In this document: in pieces, positions 61,882 through 64,000 of the stretch
Numbering within the stretch: the stretch's first letter is position 1
How the letters are laid out: each line of letters starts with the position of its first letter
The notes under the pieces: model-generated
What the model was told of the DNA's origin: nothing
Seen by the model: only the letters and a program-made list of their open reading frames with translations
Databases searched by the model: none
Assembly (NCBI GenBank): GCA_051313645.2
Contig: JBNRSN020000029.1
Location: 31,620,001-31,684,000 of the forward strand
DNA length: 64,000 nt
Direction: 5' to 3'
Source: Centroscyllium fabricii
Taxonomy: Eukaryota
Made by a program: the position numbers and the translations under genes

Positions 61882-62282
61882 ATCGACAGTTTAAAATCAA
61901 ATTAACGGCTTCGTGATCATTAAATATAATGAACAGTCGGAAAGTGGCGACTTCAATCGGAGGGTATTACTGCCCACCGCGTAAAGCGGGCAAATCGCCT
62001 TGGTGCGAGGGCGCCCGCTGTATGCGCTGAGGGCGGGAGCTGTGCGGCCTCAAATAGTGAGTGCATTCACCGTCTACTTCAGGCTTTTATTCTGTAAACT
62101 CGGATACTGCTGCTGATGTTGCTCCGACCACCAACACTCCCCTCGTGGAACACAGTGTGGGGTGGGTGCATTTAATAGTCCAATACTCGTACCACGTGTC
62201 TAGTTCGCTCGTGTACCCTAAACCCCTCAACAGTTCCCACCGCCATAGATTCCAGAATTGCTTTAATACTTGATCCTCAGCT

Positions 62283-63850
62283 ACAGCAACTTGTATTTAT
62301 ATCGCGCCTTTAACATCGTCAAAGGACTCGAGGTGCTTCACAGGAGCGTTATCGGACAAAATTTGACACCGAGCCACGTTCGGAGATATTAGGACAGGCG
62401 GCCAAAAGCTTGGTCAAAGAGGTAGGTTTTAAGGAATTCCACAGGCTCACCACTCTCTGGGTGAAGAAATTCTTCCTCATATCTGTCCTAAATGGTTTAC
62501 CCCTTATCCTGAGACTGTGGCCCCTGGTTCTGGACTCCCCCGCCATTGGAAACATTCTTTCTGAATTTAACCTGTCCAGGCCTGTCAGAATTTTATATGT
62601 TTCGATGAGATCCCCTCTCAATCTTCTAAACTCCAGCGAGTACAAGCCCAAACTACACAATCTCTCCTCGTAGGTCATTCCTGCCATTCCAGGTATCATC
62701 CTGGTGAATCGCTGCTGCACTCCTTCCATGGCAAGAACATCCTTCCTCAGATGAGGTGACCAAAACTGTACACAATACTCAAGGTGTGGTCTCACCAGTG
62801 CCTTGTACAACTGTAGTAAGGTATCCTTATTCCTGTACTCGAACCCTCTTGATATGAAGGCCAACATACCATTTGCCTTCTTAACCGCCTGTTGCACCTG
62901 CATGCTCGCCCTCAGTGACTGGTGCACAAGAACACCCAGGTCTCTGCACTTCCCCATCTCCCAATCTATTGCCATTTAAATAAGAATCTGCCCTCCTGTT
63001 TTTGCCCCCAAAGTGGATAACCTCACATTTATCCACATTTTCGTGCATTTGCCATGTATCCGCCCATTCCCCCAACTTGTCCAAATCGCACTGGAGCTTC
63101 CTGACATCCTCTTCAGAGCCTCCCGCCCCCCCCCCCCCTCCTAGTTTAGTGTCATCTGCAAATTTGGAGATGTTGCAGCAAATTCCCTGGTCCAGATCAT
63201 TAATATATATTGTGAACAGCTGGGGTCCCAGGACAGATCCCTGCGGCTTAAAATGTGGAGAGAGAGGTGGAGAGGTTTAAGGAGGGAATTCCCAGAGTTT
63301 TAGGGCCTCGGCAGCTGAAGGCACATAAGAATATAAGAAATAGGAGCAGGAGTAGGCCAATCGGCCCATCGAGCCTGCTCCGCCATTCAACAAGATCATG
63401 GCTGACCTGATCCCAACCTCAAATCTACTTTCACTCTCCATCCCGCCCGAACCCATGTGATCTCCCGGGAGAGGCGCAAAACCAGATAAAAAAAACGCAC
63501 AGCCACCAATGGTGGAGCGATGAAAATGGAGGGACGCACAAGAGGCCGGAATTGGAGGAGCACGGAGATCTCGGAGGGTTGCAGGGCTGGAGGAAGTTAC
63601 AGAGATGAGGAGGGGTCGAGGTCATGGAGGGGTGAGCATTTTTAAATCGAGGCAGCCAATGTAGGTCAGTGAGCACGGGGAGGGGGTGCCGTTGGGTGAA
63701 CGGGACTCGCTGCGCTCAGGATACGGGCAGCAGAGCTTTGGATGAGCTCACGTTTACAAAGCTGGGAGACCAGCCAGGAGATCATTAGAATAGTCACGTC
63801 TAGAAGCAACAAAGGCGTGAGTGAGGGTTTCAGCAGTGTTAGATGTCTCC
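62283..63850 (-). mobile_element. L2-like element interrupted by a tailless CR1 fragment (62433-63243) and a short retroposon
   Basis: L2-type 3' end at 62283-62432, a continuation at 63244-63324, and an LTDLHWLP / LIQSSAARIL remnant at 63507-63850. The CR1 RT ORF spans 62433-63243. Confidence 0.75.
63325..63500 (-). mobile_element. Short retroposon with a CR1/HER1 3' tail (same family as 1-206), inserted in an L2-like element
   Basis: Reverse complement matches 30-206. Apparent TSD gcac on both sides. Confidence 0.75.
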
Positions 63851-64000
63851 GCAACCCTCATTCCCCCTTCTCAACAGCTAGCGACTCAGCTCATAGAAAC
63901 TAGGAGCATGAGTCGGCCCTTCGAGCCTGCTCCGCCATTCAATGAGATCATGGCTGATCATCCAAACCCAGTACCCTGTCCCTGCCCTCCCCCCATATCC

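Overview
Eukaryotic, repeat-rich vertebrate DNA, almost certainly a cartilaginous fish: it carries HER1/CR1-type LINEs, an HE1-like V-SINE, a DeuSINE and a Penelope hammerhead remnant. Two host genes are supported. (1) On the minus strand, 3' exons of a TRIM/B30.2 gene: a 96-bp coiled-coil exon with a GC donor (12906-13001), a 116-bp linker exon (6346-6461) and the PRY-SPRY terminal exon (3605-4149). Its RING/B-box exon is not visible. (2) On the plus strand, a complete single-coding-exon ZBTB22 (54900-56258) with a CpG-island first exon near 49.6 kb. The pairing suggests the shark MHC region. Between the genes lies a ~29-kb 15/16-bp satellite (20230-49540). Its promoter-proximal monomer is CpG-rich and its distal monomer is the matching fully deaminated form, which looks like a fossil methylation gradient. 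The satellite hosts a young full-length chromodomain Gypsy element (28281-33707) with a Tf1-type self-priming signal, a solo LTR and several CR1 copies. Other notable structure: a decayed second Gypsy, a Harbinger Myb/SANT remnant, several minisatellites, CR1 insertions flanked by unusually long imperfect duplications, and a CR1-tail-bounded composite insertion containing an inverted copy of neighbouring DNA. All counts were made by hand and family names come from recalled consensus features, not database searches. I found no clearly new protein-coding system.
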